Positions 11,780 to 23,453 of a stretch of DNA of 64,000 nucleotides are shown piece after piece (within the stretch, counting starts at the first letter, position 1; each line of letters begins with the position of its first letter). Under the pieces are notes generated by a model that worked only from the letters and a program-made list of their open reading frames with translations, was not told where the DNA came from and did not search any database. Made by a program: the position numbers and the translations under genes. Source of the DNA: Phallusia mammillata (taxonomy: Eukaryota); contig OZ281500.1 of the NCBI GenBank assembly GCA_965637545.1, positions 20,522,001-20,586,000 of the forward strand, in the 5' to 3' direction.

Positions 11780-14700
11780 AGTGCTCTTTGTATTTTGCAT
11801 TTAATGACCGTTGTTTATCGCAATAAATTGTGTGTACAAAAACCAACTGACTTTGTCTCTAGGTTTACAAACAAAATTCCAGACAAACAAAACATACGTT
11901 ATAAGTGAGGATTTGGTTTGAAAGTTAATCCACACAAAACGACTAGTATTGGGATAACACAAGCATATTTAGTGTTGCAACTGTAATCATTTGCACTGTG
12001 TCGTGCTTTCGTGGCACAACACGAAATTTACACCTTTATCCCATTGTCTGTCGTGGAAACGCCAAACATCACTGGCACCCGCACGCGTGGGCCCCTTTTC
12101 ATAAAGCCTATTGGGTCATCGTGCGTCAAATAAACAACTTCTATTTATCATAACGCTGTAATCAACACCTCGAGACCTATACAGCAAGTGGGAAAGCTCA
12201 GAGAAGCATCATTCGACTGCAGATCGCGTTTCGAGCATCCATTGTTGAGTCCCTCTATATAAAGGTGGCATATGCTTCGAAATTCATTCGGCAAATTTGG
12301 TTCCTTGCGAGCAACAGCAAAAAGCAAAATGGCGGGAATCAAATCAGCAAAGCTCCATTCCCGATTGGAAGGAGTGACTTGATGTTTCTAGTTAGCAACT
12401 GGCAACTAAATGGAAACATGATCAACCCAACGGCGACGGCAGTTGTCTTTTAACAAAGGTGTCAATCTATACATCAACAATTCTACTCAAAGGTAAGAAG
12501 ATGTCACTTTAAGCAATATCAAATTAAACCATAAACTAATCTGGTTAACGATGTAAAAGATTAAAATGCAGTCTTCTAATCACGAGTCCTATTCATTTGC
12601 AGACGTGAGTGAAAAGATGTTGACTAGAAGTGCTCATCAGGAGTAACACCATTGCGGACAGCATCTGCACATCATCTACGCAATGTCCCAGTTTGGGAAC
12701 TGTACATGGTTTCCCACAATATTTATATATTGTAAATATAAGTTTTGTTACTACAACGCGGTATTCAAATGTTATTCGAATACCAAATCGCAAATACTTT
12801 ATAATTTTGACAATGAATATGACTTGATTTATTTGTTATGTACGCGCAATGTGGCTGACAATGTTGTATTAACTTGCAACTATTTAAAATTGACTTCTCC
12901 CTTTTGTTAGGAAGGATATATTTTTTTGACCTGACGTCGCCAGCATTAATTGCTGGTAATTATTTTTATTTTCTGACTTCAGCATTTATCGAAAAAGCTG
13001 AATAATGACTTTGACTTTCCGCTCATTGAGTGGTGACGATAATTTTGTGACATAAATTGCAAACAAGCAATTTACTTTTATTGTGACAGTTGCATTTTTT
13101 AATGCATAAAAACATTAATTGCTGTTTATTTGGTGTTTGACAAATGGAACCGTTTGTGTTTCGCATTTTTAGTTTCGTCTTCATTTGACAAATTCTCCAG
13201 TGGAGAAGATAATGCTTTTGTATTACGACAATGTCAAACTTGCATAACAAAAAGTTGCATGGGCTTAGTTTGACAATTTGTATTAATACCTCAATATTTT
13301 GACGTGTAAGTCTAATTCGACTTTTAATAATATTATCACTTGACATTAGCGCATCGTTTGCGTTTACGATTTCCATGACTTACCCAAATGGGTGAAATTA
13401 AATTGCATTTATTGTATTGTGACGATTGAAATAACATATTTATTTTTGTGTTTATTGACCGTTGTTTTTTCGCAATAAAATATTCGTTTGAAAGACAAAA
13501 CTGATATTGTCTCGAGCTATCTAAAAAAAGATGAAATTACCAGATAAGAAAAACACAAACATAATAAGTTATCGATACACAAATGACTGGTATTTCTATT
13601 CAGTGAAAATGCAACCTATAGAAACGCCACAAAACTATTGCCTTAGAAACATATACATGCGTAGGGTCAAGACTAACATAATGAAAAAAACATTCTTAAC
13701 TTAATGATCTAAATCTAAAAGAATGTTATTGCCATGTGTATGAAGGCATAACTAGAAAATGCATGTTTGCGTACCAACGCGCGATACAAGACGGAATTTT
13801 TAATTAGCCTATGATTTGACGCGGTGTGAGTTAGCTGTAAACGATGCGATTACGAATAATTAGCTGGTTTGGGTTTGGTTTAATTTGCTACGGGAGTCAA
13901 GATGTTAACACTGTGAAATTTATGTAGGTGTTTTTAAAATATTTTCGATAACAAACATATTTAGTGTTGCAATTGTGATCACTTGTACAGTCTCGTGCCA
14001 TCACGACATAACATGAAATCTACACCTTCGTCCCATTGTCTTTCGTGGAAACCGCCAGTGAAGCTTGTTTCTCTTCGTGTGGGAGCCGGTTTGACAACAA
14101 AATTGTAATAATCATCATCAGCGCCAGAAAACACTCGTAACGCTGTAATCGGCACCTCCAGACCTATACAGCAAGTGGGAAAGCTCTGAGAAGCACCGTC
14201 GACTGCAGATCGCGTTTCGATGACAACGTGTGGAGCCCCTATATATACATGTAGCATATGCTTCGGGATTCATTCGACAAAATTGGTTCCTTGCGAGCAA
14301 CAGCGAAAAAAAGAAAAATGCTGAGAATCGAAACAGAATCAGCAAATCTCTATTCCCGATTGGAAGGAGTGACTTGATGCTTCTGGTTAGCAACTGCAAT
14401 TAAATGGAAACATGATCAACTAAACGGCGACGACAGTTGTGTTTTGACAAAGGTGTCAATCTATACATCAACAATTCTACTCAAAGGTAAGAAGATGTCA
14501 CTTTAAGCAATACAAAATTAAAGCATAAACTAATCTGGTTAACAACGTTAAAGAATAAAATGCAGTTTTCTAATCGCGAGTTTTATTCATTTGCAGACGT
14601 GAGTGAAATGATGTTGACAAGAAGTGCTCATCAGGAGTAACACCATTGCGGATAGAATCTGCACATCATCACAGCAATGTCCCAGTTTGGGAACTGTACA

Positions 14701-17700
14701 TGGTTTCCCACATAAGTTATATATTGTAAATACTATTTTTTTTATTACAACGCGGTATTCAAATGTTATTCGAATACCAAATCGCAAATACTTTATAATT
14801 TTGACAATGAATATGACTTGATTTATTTGTTATGTACGCGCAATGTGCCTGACAATGTTGTATTAACTTGCAACTATTTAACATTGACTTCTCCCTCTTG
14901 TTAGGAAGGTAATATTTTTTTGACCTGACGTCGCCAGCATTAATTGCTGGTAATTATTTTTATTTTCTGACTTCAGCATTTATCGATAAAGCTGAATAAT
15001 GACTTTGACTTTCCGCTCATTGAGTGGTGACGATAATTTTGTGACACAAATTGCAAACAAGCAATTTACTTTTATTGTGACAGTTGCATTTTTCATTGAA
15101 CGAAAACATTTATTGTTGTTTATTTGGTGTTCGACAAGCGGAACCGTTTGTGTTTCGCATTTTTAGTTTCGTCTTCATTTGACAAATTCTCCAGTGGAGA
15201 AGATAATGCTCGTGTATTACGACAATGTCAAACTTGCATAACAAAAAGTTGCATGGGCTTAGTTTGACAATTTGTATTCATACCTCAATATTTTGACGTG
15301 TAAGTCTAATTTGACTTTGAATCATATTATTAACTGACTTTAACGCATCGTTTGCGTTTACGATTTCTTTGACTTACCCAATTGGGTGCAATTAAATTGC
15401 ATTGATTGTATTGCGACGATTGAAATGACATTTGCATTTTTTATTTATTGACCATTGCTTTTTGCAATAAAATATTCGTTTGAAAGACAAAACTGATATT
15501 GTCTCGAGCTATTTGAAAAAAGATGAAATTACCAAATAAGCAAAACACAAACATAAGTTATCGATTCACAAATGACTGGTATTTCTATTTAGTGAAAATG
15601 GAAACTACAGAAACGCCACTAAACTATTACCATGAAAACATACAGATCCGTGGGTTCAAGGCTAATATAATGGAAAAAAGATGCTTAACTTAATGATCTT
15701 AAAAAATGTTATCACGGTGTCTATAAAAGTATATCTAGAAAATACATGTACCCATACCAAAGCAAGATACAAATGAAATTTTAAATCAGTCTACGATTTG
15801 ACTCATGTATGTTGGTTGGAAACAGCATGTCGGCAAATAACTCCGTCGTCGACGTGTGGTTCAGTTCGCTACCTTCACAAAAATGATAACATCATCAAAA
15901 TTATATAGCCGTTTTCAAAATATTTCCATGACACAAACATGTTTAGTGAATTGCAATTATGATTACTTGTACAGTCTCGTGCCATCATGGCATAACATGA
16001 AATCTACACCTTCGTACCATTGTCTTTCGTGGAAACCGTCAGTGAAACTTGTTTCTCTTCGTGTGGGACCCGGTCTGACAACAAAATTGTAATAATAATC
16101 ATCATCAGCGCCAGAAAACACTCGTAACGCTGTAATCGATATCTCCAGACCTATACAGCAAGTGGGAAAGCTCAGAGAAGCATCGTTCAACTGCAGATAG
16201 CGTTTCGGGCCTCTATTGTGGAGCACCTATATATACAGGTAGCATATGCTTCGGGATTCATTCGACAAATTTGGTTCCTTGCCAGCAACAGCGAAAAAAA
16301 GAAAAATGCTGAGAATCGAAACAGAATCAGCAAATCTCTATTCCCGATTGGAAGGAGTGACTTGATGCTTCTGGTTGGTAACTTGCAACTAAATGGAAAC
16401 ATGATCAACTAAACGGCGACGACAGTTGTGTTTTGACAAAGGTGTCAATCTATACATCAACAATTCTACTCAAAGGTAAGAAGATGTCACTTTAGGCAAT
16501 ACAAAATTAAACCATACACTAATCTGGTTAACAATTTAAAGAATAAAATGCAGTTTTCTAATCGCGAGTCTTATTCATTTGCAGACGTGAGTGAAATGAT
16601 GTTGACTAGAAGTGCTCATCAGGAGTAACACCATTGCGGACAGCATCTGCACATCATCACAGCAATGTCCCAGTTTGGGAACTGTACATGTTTCGTGCAT
16701 GGTTTCCCACAAAAGTTATATATTGTAAATACTATTTTTTTTTATTACAACGCGGTATTCAAATGTTATTCGAATACCAAATCGCAAATACTTTATAATT
16801 TTGACAACGAATATGGCTTGATATATTTGTTATGTGCACGCAATGTGTCTGACAATGTTGTATTAACTTGCAACTATTTAACATTGACTTCTCCCTCTTG
16901 TTAGGAAGGTAATATTTTTTTGACCTGACGTCACCAGCATTAATTGCTGGTAATTATTTTTATTTTCTGACTTCAGCATTTATCGAAAATGCTGAATAAT
17001 GACTTTGACTTTCCGCTCATTGAGTGGTGACGATATTTTTGTGACATAAATTGCAAACAAGCAATTTACTTTTATTGTGACCATTGCATTTTTTAATGCA
17101 TGAATACATTAATTGCTGTTTATTTGGTGTTTGACAAATGGAACCGTTTGTGTTTCGCATTTTTAAATTTGCTTTCATTTGACAAATTCTCCAGTGGAGA
17201 AGATAATGCTTTTGTATTACGACAATGTCAAACTTGCATAACAAAAAGTTGCATTGATTTAGTTTGACAATTTGTATTAATACCTCAATATTTTGACGTG
17301 CAAGTCTAATTTGACTTTGAATCATATTATTAACTGACTTTAACGCATCGTTTGCGTTTACGATTTCTATGACTTACCTAATTGGGTTAATTTAAATTGC
17401 ATTTATTGTATTGTGACGATTGAAATGACATTTGCATTTTTCGTTTATTGCCCATTGCTTTTTGCAATAAAATATTCGTTTGAAAGTCAAAACTGATATT
17501 GTCTCGAGCTATTTGAAAAAAGATGAAATTACCAGATAAGCAAAACACAAACATAAGTTGTCGATACACAAATGACTGGTATTTCTATTCAGTAAAAATG
17601 CAAACTAAAGAAACGCCACTAAACTATTGCCCTAAAACATATATATGCTTGGGTCAGGACTAACATAATGGGAAAAAAGATGCTTAACTTAATGATCTTA

Positions 17701-19470
17701 AAAAATGTTATCACGGTGTCTATAAAAGTATAATTAGAAAATACATGTACCCATACCAAAGCAAGATACAAATGAAATTTTAAATCAGTCTACGATTTGA
17801 CTCATGTATGTTGGTTGGAAACAGCATGTCGGCAAATAACTCTGTTCAGTTCGCTACCTTCACAAAAATGATAACATCATCAAAATTATGTAGCCGTTTT
17901 CAAAATATTTCCATGACACAAACATGTTTAGTAAATTGCAATTATGATCACTTGTACAGTCTCGTGCCATCATGGCATAACATGAAATCTACACCTTCGT
18001 CCCATTGTCTTTCGTGGAAACCGTCAGTGAAGCTTGTTTCTCTTCGTGTGGGACCCGATCTGGCAACAAAACTGTAATAATCATCATCATCAGCGCCAGA
18101 AAACACTCGTAACGCTGTAATCGATACCTCCAGACCTATACAGCAAGTGGGAAAGCTCTGAGAAGCATCTTTCGACTGCATATCTCGTTTCGAACATACA
18201 TTGTGGAGCACCTATATATACAGGAAGCATATGCTTCGGGATTCATTCGACAAATTTGGTTCCTTGCGAGCAACAGCGAAAAAAAGAAAAATGAGGAGAA
18301 TCGAAACAGAATCAGCAAATCTCCATTCCCGATTGGAAGAAGTGACTTGATGTTTCTGGTTGGCAACTTGCAACGAGACAGAAACATGATCAACTAACCG
18401 GGACGACAGTTGTGTTTTGATAAAGCTGTCAATCTATATTCAACAATTCTACTCAAAGGTAAGAAGATGTCACTTTAAGCAATATCGTGAAATCGTTTAC
18501 TGAGGTTCTTAACAACGCAAAATATTAAAATGCATGCAGTTTGCTAATCGCGAATCTTATTCATTTGTAGATGTGAGTGAAATGAAGTTGACAAGAAGTG
18601 CTTATCAGGAGTGACACCATTGCGGATAATATCTGAGCAACATCTAAGCAATGATTTTTGGGAACTGTGTTCTCAACTATAGGGTTTCCCACAGTGTACA
18701 TATTTCTTTTGTTACTGGAACGTGGTATTCGAATACCTAATCGCAAATATTTTATAATTTTGACAACGAATATGATTTGATTCGCATTTAGTTGTTACAT
18801 ACACATAATGTGTCTGACAATGTTGCATTAACTCGCAACTATTGACTTTGACTGCTTGTTAGGGAGGTAACAATTTTATTAAATGACGTCGCCAGCATAA
18901 CTTGCTGGTAATACAAGTTTTTTTTATTTTTTATTTCGTGACTTGAGCTTTTATCAGAAGCTGAATAATTACTTTGACTTTCCGCTCATTGAGTGGTGAC
19001 GATATTTTTGTGACACAAATTGCAAACAAGCAATTTACTTTTATTGTGACCATTGCATTTTTCAATGCCTGAAAGCATTTATTGTTGTTTATTTGGTGTT
19101 CGACAAGTGAAACCGTTTGTGTTTCGCATTTTACTTCGGCTGACTTTCGACTATTTCTCCAGTGGAGAATGCTTTTGTATTACGACGATGTCCAACTGGC
19201 AACACAAAATTTGCGTTGACTTGCTTTATCAAAGTGTATTCGTATGTTAACATTTCAACGTGTAAGTCCATATTGAGACTTTAAACAATGTTTTATCAAT
19301 TGACTTTACGCATCATTTGCGTTTACGATTTCTATGACTTACCCAATTGGGTGAAATTAAATTGCATTTATTGTAACTTACTTGTGACGATATAAAATGA
19401 TATTTGCATTTTTCATGCAATAACTGTGGCCGTTTCCAAATAAATATTGTTTGAAAATCGCATTTAGTGT
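11780..19470 (+). repeat. Head-to-tail array of repeat-family copies U5-U8, period ~1987 bp
   Basis: cttgtacagtctcgtgcc recurs at ~13982, ~15966 and ~17952. ctcaaagGTAAG recurs at 12493, 14487, 16476 and 18459. Confidence 0.92.
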
Positions 19471-21420
19471 TTATTACAGGATCTTTCCGGCAAATAGTAG
19501 GCATTTTATGTCGACGATCACTGATATATACATGGAATTATCTGTAAGAATGATTGACGAAGCAACAGCGCTTCCTAATCAAAATCAGTCAGCAAATGTT
19601 TGAAAATCAAAACTTTTTCAGAAATGTAAACATAGAGTTATCATTTTGACAAAAACAAACATTATCAAACTGTATTTGACTGTCAGGTAGATTACAAAAA
19701 CTTTGTACTTCACCGATAATGGACTTACTGGTAACTCACAAAAATTCATTGCTTAATCAAGACATAACGCACTTTGCAGAGAAAATTATATTAGCCTTTT
19801 AGTTTCAAGTTAGACTCTATTTTTATCCCAATTTTGTGTTGATCGTGTTATTTGTCATTTTAAACGAAAGCGATACACTCATATTGCATGCGTTGACGAT
19901 TTGTCTGGAATGAAATGAGTCCCAAATCACACTAAATTTTGATTCTTCATTAAGCGTTTTGTACATTGCTGCCAAACATACTGTGCATTCTTGCCAAAAT
20001 ACGCAACAAATATAATATGAATCACAGTACGCCAGGCCCATTGAAGGCGCTATACCGAATCAGAATTTATGTTCATCTTAACTGAATTTATGTTCAAATA
20101 TAACATGGTTAGAAATTCGCAGCTCTCAAGACATTTAAAGGTACAACGAAGGCTACAAGTGAAGTCTATAGTGAAAAGTATTTTTTATGCCACACACTTT
20201 TACTCCTATACGTAAATTAAACACTTTTGTAATGTTTCAATTACTGCATGTAGTTTGCATTAGGTAGCTACAGAATTGCGGGTTTAGGCTACTATTACTT
20301 GTAGCAGTCAGCAGGAATTTAACTTGTAATTGTTGAAAATAAGACAAAATAGGGACTCAAGTCAGAAACAAGGACATTTCTTAGAAATAAGGAAAAGGAC
20401 GGTATGGCAGCCCGGGCTATAGTGAACACAATTTGTAGCTGCAAAAATGCTTAAAACGAACTTTGAAATGGGCCTATTGTTAACCTGCAAGCGTTAAAAC
20501 GAACAGCTGTTTTCTAATGAATCGGGATTGATAAAGCCACTTTATAAGCATTTTTAAAGCAAACAAACAACAAATCAACAATTATTGTACTTGAGAACTT
20601 GTATTTAATATAATTGTTTTCTGCTGCCTTGTTTAATGTATGCATAACTACTCATGTAACGTAGTGACAAATCCGTTTTATTCAAATTCGGAACTCATTA
20701 ACTGCAGTGTTCATATTTTGATTGCTTCATTTCCGGCGCGATATTTTAATTGGCGTTTTTATTAAAACAGCTTTAAACGTCGTGCAGGCAGCATGGCTTG
20801 AGTGAGGAGATTTAAGTTCGTTTCAGTGTGGATAATATTTTTCTACATGCCAGAAAAACTAGTCATGACCGAAACAGTTATTTATACTTTGTATTTAAAA
20901 TGCAGACACTTTATTGTCTTTCTGAAGTCGTGTACTCAGTAAGCACTCAGTCAAAAATTAACCAGTAAGTAGGTGGAAATCGAAAAGGACGCCAAAATAC
21001 GGACAACCGAAAAGTTGTATTTTCATACGAAACGAAACAACTTTTAAAACAAATCTTTGCATTTTACATGAAACAAGACATATCAATTGCGAAATATTTT
21101 GCCATAAACAATCTATTTCAGCAACTTCTTGTCTGTAGAAAATGTTTCGTGTATATCACTACATTTCAGATCTAGGTTTACTTCCCTGTGGCAGGGATTT
21201 GACTGTCATTTCACTAAGTTTGTTTCTTGTAATTGTTAAAAAAGGGACTCAGGCCAAAAACAAGAACATTTCTTAGAAATAAGGACAAAGAATTTTACTA
21301 AGACACTACCGTTCAAAATAAGGACAAATCTTAGAAATAAGGACGTTATGGCAACCCTGCCAATCAGCAACAAAAATAGGTTTCACTTTTTTCAAGCTAA
21401 AACGAGTTTGACCATAGTTT

Positions 21421-21678
21421 TCATAGAGTTGTGCATATCGTCTTAGGTAAGTGACAGACAGCGTATTCATCCACCCTTTCGTTATAATTTTGATACATGG
21501 TTTGTATAAATGTTGAATATTCCATGATGGGTATCGCACTTAAAGCAAGTGTTTTTAAAGCAAACTGTTTTGTCTTTGTTGTCGAGCCCAAAATATATCT
21601 ATTGGCACGTTTCATAAACGTGATGATTGTAATGAAAGTCGTCAGTAACAGACAAAACACGAAGTCTGGAGTTGACAC
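21421..21678 (-). pseudogene. Possible decayed carbohydrate sulfotransferase (CHST/Sulfotransfer_2-like) N-terminal fragment
   Basis: Hydrophobic anchor FVFCLLLTTFITIITF, then YAVCHLPKTICTTL*K resembling the C-x-x-P-K-x-x-C-T-x-W-K motif. Stop follows immediately; downstream motifs were not recovered. Confidence 0.3.
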
Positions 21679-22220
21679 GTTTGTCGGTCAAGTTCCGACT
21701 ATTTTAAAGTTGCAGAGTTTCGAAATGCAGTCACATCTTTTGACTCATGCAACGCAAATAAACTTTAACTGCAGTCTGTATAGCGCATTGGGAATTTCAC
21801 AGATAAGCGTTAACTCATTTGCGGTTTTATGATAGCAAACGATCTCTTTTTATTGATGTGGTCTTCCAATCTGTCGAACAACAAAGCTTTAACAACCTGA
21901 ATGCTTATTCTAAACATTTTATAGCGACAAACAGAGATTTTCAACTCAATTTTGTAACATCGTTTTCATATTTAATTTTAGGTAATTTGCTTTATTATTG
22001 AGTTTTTGTTGATTAGTGTAACACTTGTACTGTAAGACAAGTTTTGATAAACACGGTTACTATTACGCTTATACACCGAAAAAACAAAAAATGATGTCAT
22101 TATCGTTGCTGTTCGTTATCGTGACTCATTTAAAACGAAGCATTTAAAGCATTAAAGCATTATTTGCAGATGTTACAGCAGTTCAGCTCTTAGAGGTAAA
22201 AAAAACTAGGTTTCGAAAAA

Positions 22221-23138
22221 ATGGTTTACTTGGAATTAGCAAGTTTGGTGGTCAATGGTGTTTTCGGAATTTTTGCGACATACATGCTTATCAGCCTGGG
22301 ATATTTCCAAATCAGAAGCTTTAAGGAAAACCCGTTTGGACAAGGCGATGTGACCATTCGAAACGGACACTTGCTCCGTATATTCTGCATCGCAGGAACG
22401 TTTTTTGCTTGTCTGCATTTTTGGACGGTATTTATCCGACATTTTGTTGCTGACAGTGACAACACATGCTACGCCTTTGGAATTTTGTGGCTTCTTACTT
22501 ATGCTCTGGGCATTATGTGCAGCTATATTTTCCTATGGTTTCGACAGTATGTCATCAACAACAACCCAAAGATGCCTTATCTGCGGAACAAAAAGGTCAC
22601 CGTGCTCAGTTACTTAACCCTCGTCTTTCTGATTATCGGAGCTGTGATGATCTTTCTCGCTGGTTCGCGGCTGATATTTTTCTCACAATGTTCACAAAAC
22701 CCTGACCAGGCTAGACAAAAGCTGTACACGATAATACTATCCGGGATTTTGCTTTCTATTACAGTGATTGGCCAGCTCCAATTGCTTGTCCTGTTTATCA
22801 TGCCAATTATAAAGAGCAGACAGCAAGTGGGACAAAGCGTGGTCTCGGAGTCGGGGACCAGTCCAATGGACATAGTGCATCGGTGTATAGCTGCAGCAGT
22901 TATTTGCACCTTCAGTGATGTGGCAGCGGCTGTAGTGACTATTGTCATTGAGAGCTCGGTGGGTCAGCTTATCTACGATCTGAATCTGTTTGTCAACATA
23001 ATCTGCTGTCTTGCAAGCTTCAAAAACTGGCAAAAGCTATTGAATCCTTTCGAGTATCGCCGCTTGCTGGCTAGAATTGCGATGCAGGGAGATTCCAATA
23101 CACATATGTCAACGGAGGTTACCACAACTGGACAATAG
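22221..23138 (+). CDS. Intronless orphan 7TM (GPCR-like) protein, 305 aa
   Basis: ATG-to-TAG ORF with about 7 hydrophobic segments. Motifs YIFLWFRQ, LFIMP, RC..C..SD and YDLNLFVN..C..SF.NW..LLNP match, from memory, a family expanded in ascidians. Confidence 0.8.
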   Translation: MVYLELASLVVNGVFGIFATYMLISLGYFQIRSFKENPFGQGDVTIRNGHLLRIFCIAGTFFACLHFWTVFIRHFVADSDNTCYAFGILWLLTYALGIMCSYIFLWFRQYVINNNPKMPYLRNKKVTVLSYLTLVFLIIGAVMIFLAGSRLIFFSQCSQNPDQARQKLYTIILSGILLSITVIGQLQLLVLFIMPIIKSRQQVGQSVVSESGTSPMDIVHRCIAAAVICTFSDVAAAVVTIVIESSVGQLIYDLNLFVNIICCLASFKNWQKLLNPFEYRRLLARIAMQGDSNTHMSTEVTTTGQ

Positions 23139-23274
23139 AACTATGTACATAAATTTTGTCAAAAAGTTGTCCTTGTGCGTTTGCTTGTTGTGCTGTTGTC
23201 TTTATGGTGTTGGGGCTTAAACTTTTTGTCTATAACCTTTCTGTAGTAAACGAACCAATTATATACCTAATCAC

Positions 23275-23453
23275 CAGTGGTGGGATTCAATTTTGTGTGA
23301 GTCGGTTCTATCACAACAGTCATATTTTTCAACCCGTTTGTCGATAGTAAATCCATTGACAGTAACCAGTAATGCTAACCGGTTCGCTGATCTCATAAAA
23401 TTTCGTGAGACGGTTCTATAGAACCGATGAGAACCGGTTGAATCCAACCACTA
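23275..23453. mobile_element. hAT MITE, inverted relative to the 11008 copy
   Basis: TIR CAGTGGTGGGATTC...GAATCCAACCACTA. 8-bp TSD ctaatcac/cttatcac. Confidence 0.85.

Noticed and set aside
14472-14500. ATTCTACTCAAAG|GTAAG resembles the Ciona spliced leader (ATTCTA...AAG|GT); SL RNA genes also occur in tandem/inverted clusters
   Set aside because: The would-be leader varies between copies (ATTCTAGTCAAAG, ATTCTGCACAAAG, ATTCTACTGAAAG), I see no Sm site, and a branch point plus acceptor follows 110 nt later as in a cis intron. Checking mRNA 5' ends would settle it.
14597-14610. Shared in-frame TGA before the ankyrin-like segment as selenocysteine
   Set aside because: No SECIS recognised, and many other stops occur in the frame.
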